Shown here piece after piece: positions 38,801-51,010 of a DNA stretch of 64,000 bases. The DNA is from Acanthaster planci. Taxonomy: Eukaryota. The notes beneath the pieces were generated by a model. It ran no database searches. It was not told where the DNA came from and was given only the letters and a program-made list of their open reading frames with translations. A program made the translations under genes and the position numbers. Location of the stretch: the NCBI RefSeq assembly GCF_001949145.1, contig NW_019091355.1:367720-431719 (forward strand), written 5' to 3'. How positions within the stretch are numbered: position 1 is the stretch's first letter; every line of letters starts with the position of its first letter.

Positions 38801-39010
38801 CATGTAGGGTGACAGCATGGCCCACCGACATGACAGATTCTTTTTAATGTGATTGGGCATTTCTGTTACAGGTACTGGCTGTATGGTGAAGTCATACAGG
38901 ACGACGATGAAGACCCAGCACCAAGAATCCGTGGCTGGTTTCCTAGGCAGTGTGCCAAACAAAACACTGGGCAAGTTGACTCAGATGGTGAAAGCAAAAA
39001 GGTCAACTAA
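35823..39010 (+). CDS. ZDHHC6: Palmitoyltransferase ZDHHC6, ~391 aa, 9 coding exons
   Basis: Exons 35823-36062, 36226-36317, 36483-36639, 36924-37070, 37352-37405, 37826-37984, 38287-38328, 38610-38755, 38872-39010 (1176 nt, in phase). N-terminal RRLCHWGP, GPGFVPLGWKP, DHHC domain (CHVCKGYKAPRSHHC...MDHHCPWINTCCGHRNH), YPYNLG, GDGITWPV, SH3-like tail (WLYGE...RGWFPRQC) and C-terminal KKVN* dilysine ER motif. Confidence 0.97.
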
Positions 39011-42000
39011 TGCCTCTTCGTGATCAGAGACCTCTGAAGAGTGGATTACATGGAGACAAGTCCAACCATCGGATCAGAATTTGATCAGATTAAGGATTGT
39101 TGATCAAGCTTGGAATGATCTTACACCCACACTTCAACTCACCAAATTCAGGTGCAAATGTAAGGCTGTCAAATGGGGGGGGGGGAAGAAATCACATTTT
39201 TGAGCAGCTTCTCTGAAAATATGAAGTGACCCATACATATCAAGTGAAAAATACTTTAAAAACTTAAAGGCCTTCCCCCCCATCCATGAGATTTTTGGGA
39301 GCGTACCATTTCCTTGGCACCAGTCATTTGGAGGCACAAAAAGACTAAAACCAACAAAATGGTACATAGTTTATTTTTCAAATGAAGGTTGGGCACCAAG
39401 TTGCTCATGAACATGGGGGGGTTCAAGGCCCTTACATTTAAAGTACTTTTCTAAATTCTCGTGGATCGCTCCACATTTTGAGAGGGGCCACTTGAAAAAT
39501 GTATTTTAATATCCTACATTAAGACAAAAATGTTTGAATACTACAGGTGGTTTAAATTTAAGACAGGACTGGTTTAGTCTGGATTTCATTTTTTCCCTTA
39601 GACTTGACTGTAAGTGCTTTTTTTTTTTTTTTTTGAGCCTCAGTGCCCATGACAAGACAAAACTTGTCAAGAGAAAGCATTTTTGCCCCGTACTCTCAAC
39701 TCCCAATGGTGTTAAAAGTTTAACATATTGAAACTGAGTGATTAGGGGATGTTAGATTTAATCGTAAGGTGTTGGCTATTGCTTTAAACTTTTATAAGGT
39801 TATTTAAAGACGTAACTTATTCTTCAGCAGTCCAGAGTAGTTTCCAGAGATTCCAAAATTCAAGACACATTGTAAGAGTAGTAGTATGTTTATCAGAAAA
39901 TGATAAATCTGTACAAATTTACAGCAATACAAAGCGAAATAGGCATGTAAATAGTTGTAAGGTATTTCAATTATTCAGTGGAAGATTTTGAGGTTTGAGA
40001 TTTCTTACGGATTTAGAGAGACTGATGCTGTCAAAATGACTGCCTATTTGTGAGTAACTTTCAAATGATTGCTGTGTTACCATTTTCCAGAGCCCAAGGG
40101 GAAGGAAAACCAATCAAGGTCATGTATTAAATTGCAGAGATGAATGAAGCCTTGAGAATATTCTGGAATAATATGAATTATTTTCAGTACTTCAAGTCTT
40201 GTGTCTTTTATTTTCTGATCTTTTGGAGTTTGAAAAGTCCCCAATCAAAGAAAGTGATAATTTTGGGCGTTTATCTTGAAAATCTGTCATTAAAATAAGG
40301 TTCCTGGATCTAAAGCATTTTTGACTACTTTGAATTACCACTTATACTAACTCAGATATCACAATTAGGAGCTAGTACTGTTGGGGTATCACACCTGTAC
40401 ATAAACTGTGTATGTGGGTTGAATGTCTCTAGCCAGTACATAGATGAAGTGGGTTTACAACTTTTCAAATGTATACATGCCTCATAACTGGGTGACAAGG
40501 TATGAATGTGACATCACTGACTCTAGTACAGGGACATGTATTGGCAGCCTCTCATGCAAGTCTATTATGTACATTACAACAGCAAAACTATTGACTCTTA
40601 AGCATGGTATCCTCAGATCTGCAAAACTAATATGGTCTGTAAATATGACCAATCAAACCTAATTTCAGTTTTAAAATTGAGCGCATTGCTCAGGTTGAGC
40701 TTAAGGTCACCAAATGTTCAAACAAGGCCTCTTGTGAAACATCTTTTTCATATTTGCAAGCAAAGTGTATGGTGTGTTTTGGAAACTGGCACATAAAAAG
40801 ATTTTCAAGTTGTAATTTTCTCTGATCACAAAAACAACACAAGCAGGTTTGGATGACTTCCTCAAATAGTGAGCAAGAGAAGGCCTCCGGTGAACTGCTT
40901 CATATTACAAGGGTCTTCCAAGTGCTTGAAAAAAAATGACAAACTTGTTCATAGAAAAAATAAATTATGCTCTCTGAAAAGAAATTGAAATCAATATAAA
41001 ATTATTAACATATCACACATTTACCATGTAAATTCTCTGAAGGTTTCATTCACTTTAAATTTACACTTATTGCAAGGATAGAGCACACTAATTCCTTTGG
41101 AGATCACAACAAAGATATAACTATTGTTGACTGGCAAAGCAGTTAAAATAACCAATCAAAGAAGAAAAGGAAAATGGATAGATGCAGGACATCCTGGAAG
41201 AGGTAATGACCACATCAGCTGAGGAACACAAGTAGATGTGAGATTATCATTGGACTGCAGGTTCAATTACAGTTTCCCCACTGAATGCTGATCCAGGTAG
41301 ATCCTAGAAATGATCTCTTCACCTTGTCCTTGACCTTAATTGCTGTTCTTGCAGGTAAATACTGCATCAAAAAAGTAGTCTCCAACCGTCAAAACTAAAA
41401 CAACTAAAATGCTACAATGTGCATTTACCTTCTTTTTTGGGGGGAATTCATTACTTTCTTTCTACAGTTTCAACTGCGAGTACAATGATAACCTCGGCTG
41501 AAACCTTTGATGTCAAAAGTTTCTATCGTTACATGAATGCGTGCGTGGATTGCAGTGCACAGACCAAACACCACAGTTTTGTGGTGGCTGCCTCCATGCA
41601 GCAGTGCAGACCATCAATGGGTACTGGGACCTTTGCTGTTCTTTCCAGTACAAGCACTTTTTAATCTTGGGAAGGTCACTGAGTAAAAGTATAGTGATAC
41701 AAAGCTGCTGCATGTTCATGTATTCTCTTTGAAAAGATTTCTGATTAGGTAGCGTGTATGTACAGCTAGCAGCATCAATCAACGGTCTGAAAGATCCTGA
41801 AGCTTAACAACTGTCGCAAAAGCCAAAGTTTACCGTCTGTTTTCCTCTTGACAGGTAACCTCAGTCATATGTTTCGCTGAATGACACCTTTTAGAAGAAA
41901 TCAATAAAAAAAATTCTTTAAATTCGACTGCAGGCACTGAATCACTGATCAACAGTGAAATTCAAACATGACTTGTGAAAACAAGCATAAAAATCAGCCA

Positions 42001-42345
42001 ACGACATACAACCAACAAGTAAAAATCCTAGAATCCTCCAGATGCTGGACATTCAAAGATGGCAGAGGTTGGGGAAGAGCTTTAATCATGATGGTGTTTG
42101 TTACTCTCCCACAGCTTTCAAACAAGGTTTACTTCCAAGACAAGTGGGCAAGATGGTTTGGCTACCATTTTCCCAGGGACACATCAGCTAAAGTCACAAG
42201 TAACCCATATATTCTCCCAATCCAGCAGTATTATGCCCAGGACGGCAACATAACATGTATTTGGTTACAAGAGGTTACAAAAATAATATGCCATTCTACT
42301 TTTGTAGTTGAGATGCTGATCGAGGATTACTGTCAGTACAACTTC

Positions 42346-45300
42346 TCAACTGCCCACCGCAATTTTTCGTTGAACTTCAAACTTCAAAGTACCTGAATTT
42401 TTAGGTGCTGGGTTTGAAGTAGCAAACCCCTGGTGGCTCATGTCTGCTGGAGTTTCAGCCTCAGCACTCCTCCTTAACACAACTCTTCTGTCCAAAGTAC
42501 AGTCTGGTATACCATGGTAGTTCTGTGCACTGCCTGGAAGGATGCTTGCCACAGACTTCCCACTAATCATGTTCGGTGTGGAACTGTTAAAATGCATTTG
42601 TTGCATCACTGATGAAGTCACTGGTGTAGATTGGATTCCAGCAAGTGGCTGGGGAAAGTAGTATGTACTATTAGACTGGTTCTGGGGATGAGAGCTGACA
42701 CTAGATTTCAACTTCTTTCTGAGCAGGTTCATCTTCTCACGAACAAGATGTTTAAGATCACTAGTTTGGTGCTGTTGCTTGTACACATCCTTGATCCTAC
42801 GAAGAACCTTCATGTGTTCTCTCTCAGATAATCCTGGCACACCGCTTAATGGCCTGAAATTCCAGTCTTCAATACCTGCTTTTTCGATTTCATCAGGGGA
42901 GAAGTATTTAACCAGTGACTCTAACTGAAGGTGAACATTGGCAGCAATGTCCTCGTACTTATTGATGGAAGTTTGAAAGGTGGTTTTTTTGGACTCTTCG
43001 GCTGAGCTTTTCCCCTCCATCAATGATGCTAATGTCTTTGTTGTCTTGAGCCACAGGTTGTTGTACTGGCCCAAGCACGAGAAACAGGTTTTTTTGAATG
43101 CCTTCCTGTCAGTCTGAAAACGGGACATTTGATGGGTTGCCTTATTAGTTGATTTACGTAGTGCAGATAGCTTTGATGAGATGCCGTATAGGTCATCGAC
43201 TGGCTCCAGACCACAGGAAGCTTCAGCAGTGCCTTTTATATCAGAGAGTCTTTCTCTGCGAGATTTTCTATTATCATCACTTGACGATGATGAATTTAGG
43301 TGGTAGCTCCTCTCAGCACTTGACGACCGTGATCTAGTCTGTGATTTACTCCTTCGAAAGGGTAATCTACACTTGTAGCTTGATGATTTACTGTGATGGG
43401 ATCCTCTTCTTTGGGGTGATTGTGATTTTCTACGTGATTTAGCATGAAGTGGGGATCTGCTTTGATGTGATCGGCTCCTCTTTGGTGATCTGTCTCTTTC
43501 TGGTGATGCACCATGTGAAGACCTCCTCCTGGGTGGTGATATCCTTTTGAAAGTTGGTGAATCACTTTTGCTATCATGGGACCAAGAATGTGAAGACTTC
43601 CCACTACAACTACTGCTACTGCTGTATCTTCTTGACCTGGAATCTTTTCCTCCACACTTGCTTGACTTCTCTGAAACTTTGCTGTGTGACTTTGGTTTCA
43701 CAGCCTCCCCGCTGGAAGAGTCCGAGTCTTTGGAGATTGAATAAGCTCTTGGAGGATGCAGTGTTGCTACAGCAACACTAAGGTTGGATACATGTTGCAG
43801 CTTCTGCAAAAATTGTGTTGTGGGGCTGTTTGAGTGGAGTTTTTCAGCCTCAACATTTTGCGCAACATTGCTTATGCCTTCTTTTGGGATGAGTTGGCTT
43901 TCTTCAATGCCTGAACCAACAGGAATAGATAGAGAAGGGGGAGGAGTTGACTTGTTTGATTGCTCCTGTATCCTCAGTCGCGGGTCTTTCTGTATTTCTG
44001 TCATTACCTGAACTTTCTTTTGAACAGAAATGTTTGTTTCAACCTTCATAGGATCACCTTTGGATTTATCAGAGTCTCCTATGTCAGTGCTCCATGAAAC
44101 AATGCTCAAGTCAACTTCAAACTTTCTGCCAAACAATGCAGACAAAGCAGCTCTTGGATCAACAGGTTTGTTTTGTCCAGGGATGTTTTCCATAAGAATC
44201 TCTGCTGGCGTTCCATTAGTTTTTACTAGTGGTCGACCATAAAACTGACTTTCAACTTTGAATTTCTGTGAGTCAGTCATAGATGGTGATCCATTTGCCT
44301 GGCAAGTATTTTGGTGCACTGGCTGCTCCGGTTTTATGTCCCTATGATTAAGACACTCTGCCACTTTTGCACAAATCAGCTTATCATTCATGTAAGTTGA
44401 AGGAATGTCATTCCTTGGTCCATCAACTGTCAAAGAACATTCCCTAGTTGCACACTTGGAACCCTCAACAGGACAACTCCCGTTTCCACCAGGTGTGAAC
44501 TTGTGCAAGAAATTCTCCAAAGCAAGTTGAAGAACTCCCTTTTGCTCAGAGGTGGATGCCTGTAGTATTTGTTGCCCCAGTACATTTACAGCTTCCTGCA
44601 CTGGAGCAGAAAACATCACTGATGGGTCTTCCTTGTAATGACCAAATGTGAACCCTTGCTCCACAGGTAAAGGACTTTTGTTACTCACTGGAAGTCCTCC
44701 AAAGCTACCACCCTCAAATGTGCAACAGCTCTGTGTCTCAGGGAGTGGTACATTGATTGCTGATTTTTGAATGGTGCTGGTTTGACCAACAAAAGCATTT
44801 GACGCTTCCCAAACATTTGGTAGCATAGATGTCCCGAACAAAGCTTCTCTTGATGACTCATCAACATCCATATCTTGAACTTCCATGTTATCTGTATTGA
44901 GTCCAGTGCTTGTATCAGCATCAGGACCTGAATCACTCGATGAAATGTCTTCCAGTCCCAGGGAACTTTTGTATGAATCAAATTCTTTGGCCACAACGAC
45001 CGGCAGATCAAATGCAGCAGCATTCCTCACAATTTCTGCAGACTGAAATGGGTATATGTGTTTAGGCGACACATGGCAAGGAATGTTTAAGCTCACTTCC
45101 CTTTCTATACTGGGGCTGTACTCCCTGCTTTGCAATCTAATATAAGGTGCTGGTCCGTAACCATCTTGACCATTCTGTTGCGTTCCTTCACAGCTTGGAT
45201 ATTTTGGTGAAACTAATGCAGAGCATTCTTCATACTTCGCCAGTGGCGATGGATTTCCGACAAGCCGTGGTTTTCTTGTTTTTGATGAGGCAGCCTCATA

Positions 45301-48300
45301 AACTTCTTCCTCTACTTCAAAAATACGAGAGGTATCATCTGCCTTGAAATACTCCGGGCATTTGGACCGGACCTTGCCTCTACCTCTACAACATCTACCC
45401 CGAGCAAAGCCTCGAGATTTTCTGTTATGAAAATAGCCCCGTCCATGAGAAAAGCCTCTGCAGGGAACATTCTCTCGGTCCCTAAAAAAACTATTACTAC
45501 GACTGTGTTTAGTGGCTTTAGAATATCTCCTACTCTTCAAGAAATCAACTTCCTGGGAAGATGACTCTCTAGATTTTGGTTGAACACAGTCATGATTTTC
45601 AGGTGATTTCTGTCTGTTTGGTGATACAGATGTATCTCTTACTCCAGACTTGTGAGTATCATGATACCTGTTGACCTTTAAGTGACAGTGATTACTTTGG
45701 AGTGGGGATTTTTCACTCCTGGTGCTTTTCATAGTCAGCTGGTTGCATCTTACTTCCTCAAGCTCCTGCTCACTTATACCAGATTTTTGTCCAGGTTTGC
45801 CATGTGACTTGTCATTTTCTCCAACCTCATGAAGTGCTTGGTTCCTAATTTCTGCTTCCCATATATTTTCAGATGACCTTTCGGAGTTGTTAATGGTTAT
45901 TTTCAATCCTCCATAACAGGATTCTGTTCCATTGGGACTGGATTTTAAGGGCAGTGATCTCTTCTGGCTTTTTATTCCATGTCCAGTTGTCTGATTACTT
46001 GTAACAAGAGATGACTCAGGGCATGCAGATGAGTCCATGCACATAGCAAATGAATGTGCGCTTTGAATGGTTGAGAATGTTTCATCTTCAGATGATGATC
46101 CAAAACCAAGAAGGGCATTATTTATCCGCTCAATGCGAACAGCTTTAAGTTTCTCAAGGGCTTTGAGGTGTTGTTGTCTCATTTCTTCAAGACGTGGGTC
46201 TTCCAATCTAGTTTCACATGGATTGACATTTGTAAAACGATCAGACAACTTCATTCGAACACCTCCTTGTGGCTTTTCTGTACTTTGTCCTCCACTACAC
46301 CCCTCAGCCTTTTGCGAGATTGCATTTTCTTTTTCATCTCGATTTACACATTTGGAAAATGATGCTGAGAAAACTTGACTGGTGCACTGTATTTCCACTG
46401 ATGACTTGCACACACTGCCCACGGAATTCTGTGGTATGGTTTCCAGCTGAGCCTTACTTTTTGGTGATCTGCGAAGGGGTGAAATAGCAGACACATCTGC
46501 TTTCCGTTTTCTCTCAAGCCCCGTGGGGATTACATTCTTCCTTGGATGAGACAGTACATGCAGATACCTCCCCTTCTCCAAGGTACATGTAGCTTCTGCT
46601 GGTGACTCCAGTGTCCTCAAGCTTGGTATACTACCTTCACAATGTGGTTCATAAGTCTCAAATGCTTTTGATGTTAGTGAGATTGTGGCATATGGTAGAC
46701 AATGTCTCGGGTGCTTGCTTAGAAGAGCCTTTTCATCATACTCAAACAGGAACACCTGAAACACAAATAACAGTCATTGGAAGTCTTTTTGCAACTCCTG
46801 AGTCACAAACTGACCGTTCTCATTCAGCTCCCTCCACAATCTTGTGATCTATGCTTCTCATGTCTTTAATAATCACATAAAAGTATTTCTCCATCTTTCC
46901 AATTCTGTAAATTACAACAGATAAATTCTCGTTGAGTAAGTTGTTCTTGAATTTGCCAAATTTGCTGGTAGTGTGAGCTCAGGTTTCCATCCAGTAATCT
47001 CCCCTGCCGTAACTTTTTTCACTTATTCTTACTACCATGCTGGACCCTCTAGTATCGAGGATGCCTTAACCTTTAAAGTATATACAGTACCTGTGATTTG
47101 CTGAGTTGCTTGAAGATTGGCTCAGTAGCATTAGGTTTGCAGCTGGTGATATGACAGTCAGCATTAGGCGTAGGTTCCAATGCTAGTTCTCTTGATGACA
47201 TCCTTTGGGTCACCGTCTTTGTCCGACCCTTGAGTATCTAGACCATAGGCAGAACAAAACAATTTCTTTTACCTCATCTCGCTGAAATGTGTGTAAAATC
47301 TCAATATTGAAATTTTTTTCCATTTAGTATCCTGTTAACAGAACTAACCAATCACTAAGAACCAATATGAGAATGAACATTTATCGACTGAAGGGAATTA
47401 AACTTTAACTTTCATGTTGTGAAAGTACATGTAAGAAAATAGGGGCTGGCTCCAATATCCTGGAATACACATTATACATGTACATGAAAATGGTTAACAG
47501 TTTCTAAAACCAGGGAAGTGTTCTCAATGCAGGGGGCTGTTGCTTGGTGACACATCATCTTCTCTTGTGCAGTCATCCTTGTCATTGGAAAAGTATAGTC
47601 TACCTATGAAGACCAATAGCACATCCTTCGTATTTAACCTTTTACAGCCTCCATAAGAAGTAAAAATTGCAGGGTTGCACCTACCTCAATCCATCAAAAG
47701 ACATTCTCCTAAATTTTGTGGTTATTTTCGAGGATCTGGGAAAATTTGTCATGAATGGACATCTATTAAGCCAATATACTGGCTGCTTGTCTCCAATAAG
47801 TGCTATTCAGTAGGCATTTAGAAAAGATATGCAACATACCTTATAGATAACCAGGCATGGATGCTCAAAGCCTTTCTTTCCTGCCCACTCAAGCACTGTG
47901 TCTGAGAAGAGGAATACGTTGACTCCTTGGTCAACACTGCCAAGTGGTACATTGATGCTCTGACAACTAAAGTCTCCATGGCTGCAAATGGTATCTGCTT
48001 CATACTCGGACACGGTCAACCCAAATGCAAAGGACTCTGCAGGCTCCTTGGATAGTTCTCGTTTGAGTACTTTCTTCTTCTCAGCAAAGTCCTGCTGCAA
48101 CTTGTCATTAACGACAATACTGATGTTTTCCACACACCACTTCTGCTGCAGTTTCTGTTGCTCATCAAGAACTTGAGCGTTCACTAATCTGAGGATGTCC
48201 TTCGCTTGTCTTGATTCAAGTTCCACAGCATGTCGGCATCCTGAAATAGAAAGAATGTTGGTATTAGCTCTTACCATCCTCAATCCTTCAAACCCTATGG

Positions 48301-48882
48301 GCGGCTTCAGAGAATTTTGGAAGATTGAGGCTGCATGGCAAAATTGCATTGCTGATTGCAAAGGATGTACTGTCTCAAGATTGTGGGATAGACAAGTAGG
48401 CAACCCTCCGCAGTATATATTCAATAAATATCAGAGGATTTTGGAGGACCGAGGCTGTATCCAATGTTTTCATGGGGCCAGTTGGAGGATTTTGAAAGAT
48501 TGAGGGTGTATCCTAGTCAAAAGGGCCTAGGGGATTAGTAAATCGATCAGGGCAGGTTGCCAAGAGGGATCAGAGGGTTAGGCCCCGTAATTAAAAACTA
48601 TGCACATCAACACAATCCACTGTTCTTGTGATGTGCCCTGTACCCTTCCTCATGCTCAAAGATGGCGACAGGGCTAAATCAAGGGTGCATGCAACACCAG
48701 TAGACTTCTAACTTCTCTGAGGTAGAGAAAACAGCACAAGAAAATTTGTTCAAAAACATAGAAGATCTTTTCCAAAGGAACACATTCAAATTACCTTGAC
48801 TGGGGGTCCTTTGAACCTTTGGAATTGAGAATCTTCTTGAATCATCATTGGTGGAGTGTATTCTACCACATCTCTGATCCAT
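42346..48882 (-). CDS. DUF3715 (pseudo-PARP) domain protein, TEX15/TASOR family-like, ~1680 aa
   Basis: Exons 48882-48795 (ATG preceded by in-frame TAA), 48240-47840, 47237-47091 and 46755-42346 (or spliced out at a donor at 42393). The joined N-terminus contains RRFSIPKVQRT...IVVNDKLQQDFAEKKKVLKRE...ESFAF...LGSVDQGVNVFLFSD...LVIYKILKGRTK...LEPTPNADCH...VFLFEYDE...PRHCLPYATISL, matching the remembered DUF3715 pattern of TEX15/TASOR. The rest is mostly low-complexity, with RG-rich and RS-rich tracts. The 3' end is uncertain. Confidence 0.85.
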
Positions 48883-50694
48883 CTTGCCTTACACTGTACC
48901 CTGTGGATAACAGAAAAATTGAATAATATACAGTACATTCAAAATATAGTGAAACTTTTTCTGGGACATACATTTAAGCATACAGTGTACATGTAAAGTG
49001 TTGCAAGTCCTTTTGAAAATTATAAAGGCAATTCACAATAAGCCCTCATAATGGAGTTGCCTTGTCACTTTGTACTATGTACATGTACATCATTACACAT
49101 GTATGTACATGTACATGTATATCAATTTCAAATAGTTTTTTTCAAGTCATATACTAAATGAGGCGAGTGCAAAAGCAATTGAAAACAGGTCTTGTACTGG
49201 GCACTCACACCAAGACGAAGATATGCAGTCAGTTTATATTATATACCATGTGCTAATGGCCAACCAGATGCAACCTAATCACCTCAGCAACTTTTACAAA
49301 ATAGCCTACATGGATTTGAATGCATTCAACAATACACGTTATATCCAACTTTAACCAATCATATCACGAGACATACATGTAAATGTACTATATGAAATAC
49401 GGGCAAACCAACTGCTAGAATTTGTGATCATAAACATGAACCATAACATGTAATTTTGCAACAAATGACACATGGTGTATTTAAGAAAGATTAGGCTTCA
49501 GCGAAATTATACATGTAGTGTATCACTAAAAACCTGAGGGCATTTCTTTAAGAAGTGGTAGTGCAATTTCCAGCTTTTAGTTGAATACCTGTTTCTCCAT
49601 GACCTATTTCATAGGGCCAGTCCTGTGATTTTTGGTATTTGACCTTTAAACACTCCGATGGACTCTGACCTTCAGGTCAAAAAATTATACTGGGTAAATC
49701 TTACATGGAGTACAGGCTGTGTGCCACTGAAGGTCAAATTACAAGTGGTGGAGACAGGTCAAATTACCGGTGGCTAACTGGTGGTCCCAAGTGAAGTTCC
49801 CATGCCTAAAACCCAACAGTGAACGGTTGCAGCTCTGGTACATTCTTCAGTTCTTCTGGGAAAATTTGTTATCCCTGGTTTCAAGACCAGACCTGCCTTG
49901 CAAAATCACAGGCATCTACACCTACATTGTACATACAAACACAGTACATGTAACATTAGCTTGAACATGATTTTAAGCCGTGTACTCACGGCACTTTTTT
50001 TGGTCAGACTTTCCGAGATGAAGGATTCTTTTCCTAAAATGGCCATGCTAAGTCCAGTGCCAACATCCCAGGAAAATTCTTCTCAGCCTTGGTTATTTTC
50101 ACTGAGCCGCTCGGTCATATTTACTGGTCAACTTCTGCCCAGGGAAAATGACCGAGACCACCTTTTTCCCGAGACAGAAAGTCCTGTGCAGACAGCAAGA
50201 GTTGGTAAAACTAAAAGCATGGAAAAGTGGCCCATCAGAGCATACATCCAGCCCAAGCACAACTGTATGTTTCATACAGAGAAACTACATGTACAGTGTA
50301 CATACATGCGTACTGGATGTTTCACCACAGTGTGGCATGTGGTAAATATTTCAAGTATATTGTTCCTTTTTTTGGTCCCAATCGTGGCAGAAATTATCTT
50401 GGACACTGTTGGAAGATTCACTGGTGATGAGGACAGTAACGCTGTGTCTAAGGATGAAAACGGTTACTTCTCCAGTTTGTTTTTCGTGTCCAAAGTCCAA
50501 GTGCGGACAGTGGTCACATTTGACCTTTTTTTTCTCCATCGGCTCAGTAAACCTACGGGAAAAAAAAAATTTCATGCAAACATGGTTCTTGTGTTTGTTC
50601 GTCCTCCAGGACCATATTGTCAACTTACCTGCTCTTGATATATGAAGAGAAAACAATGATTTAAAGTAACAGGTGTCCCCCACAAACAATTTGG

Positions 50695-51010
50695 TCGGTC
50701 CGAGTCAGGTGAAGCAGCGGGTACTGCGAACTATTTTCAAGTTGTATTTTTTTTTTGCGTTGGGGAGATCTTAATTTATAAAACGGGTTTTGCCCTTACC
50801 CAACGTATATTAATAAACACTGTATGCTCAGTGCTTGTCGGAGAGCTTGCGAAAAAAGTCACAAGCTTAGTCGGGTGGGACTCAAACCCACGACCTCCTG
50901 CTTACTAGTGCAGACGTCTTAACCACTTGACCACTGAGCTTGCCGGGGTCGGCCGGCCAGTCCGAGTCAGGTGAAGCAGCGGGTACCGCGAACTATTTTC
51001 AAGATGTATC
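50695..51010 (-). mobile_element. tRNA-derived SINE-like repeat (tRNA-Thr(AGT)-like head) with a partial duplicate
   Basis: Minus strand 50939-50869 reads GCTCAGTGGTCAAGTGGTTAAGACGTCTGCACTAGTAAGCAGGAGGTCGTGGGTTTGAGTCCCACCCGACT: A box, degenerate B box, CTAGTAA loop, poor acceptor stem. The block GTCCGAGTCAGGTGAAGCAGCGGGTACYGCGAACTATTTTCAAG occurs twice (~50698 and ~50960). Confidence 0.7.

Noticed and set aside
48300..48515. Three short GGATTTTGGAAGATTGAGG-like repeats in an intron
   Set aside because: Short, degenerate local duplications with no indication of function.
49898..50689. 246-aa and 112-aa ORFs as protein-coding genes
   Set aside because: No recognisable domain and they include TACATG low-complexity sequence; at best UTR exons or uORFs.
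50869..50939. Functional tRNA-Thr gene
   Set aside because: Acceptor stem does not pair, the B box is mutated and the anticodon loop is irregular; treated as SINE-like.
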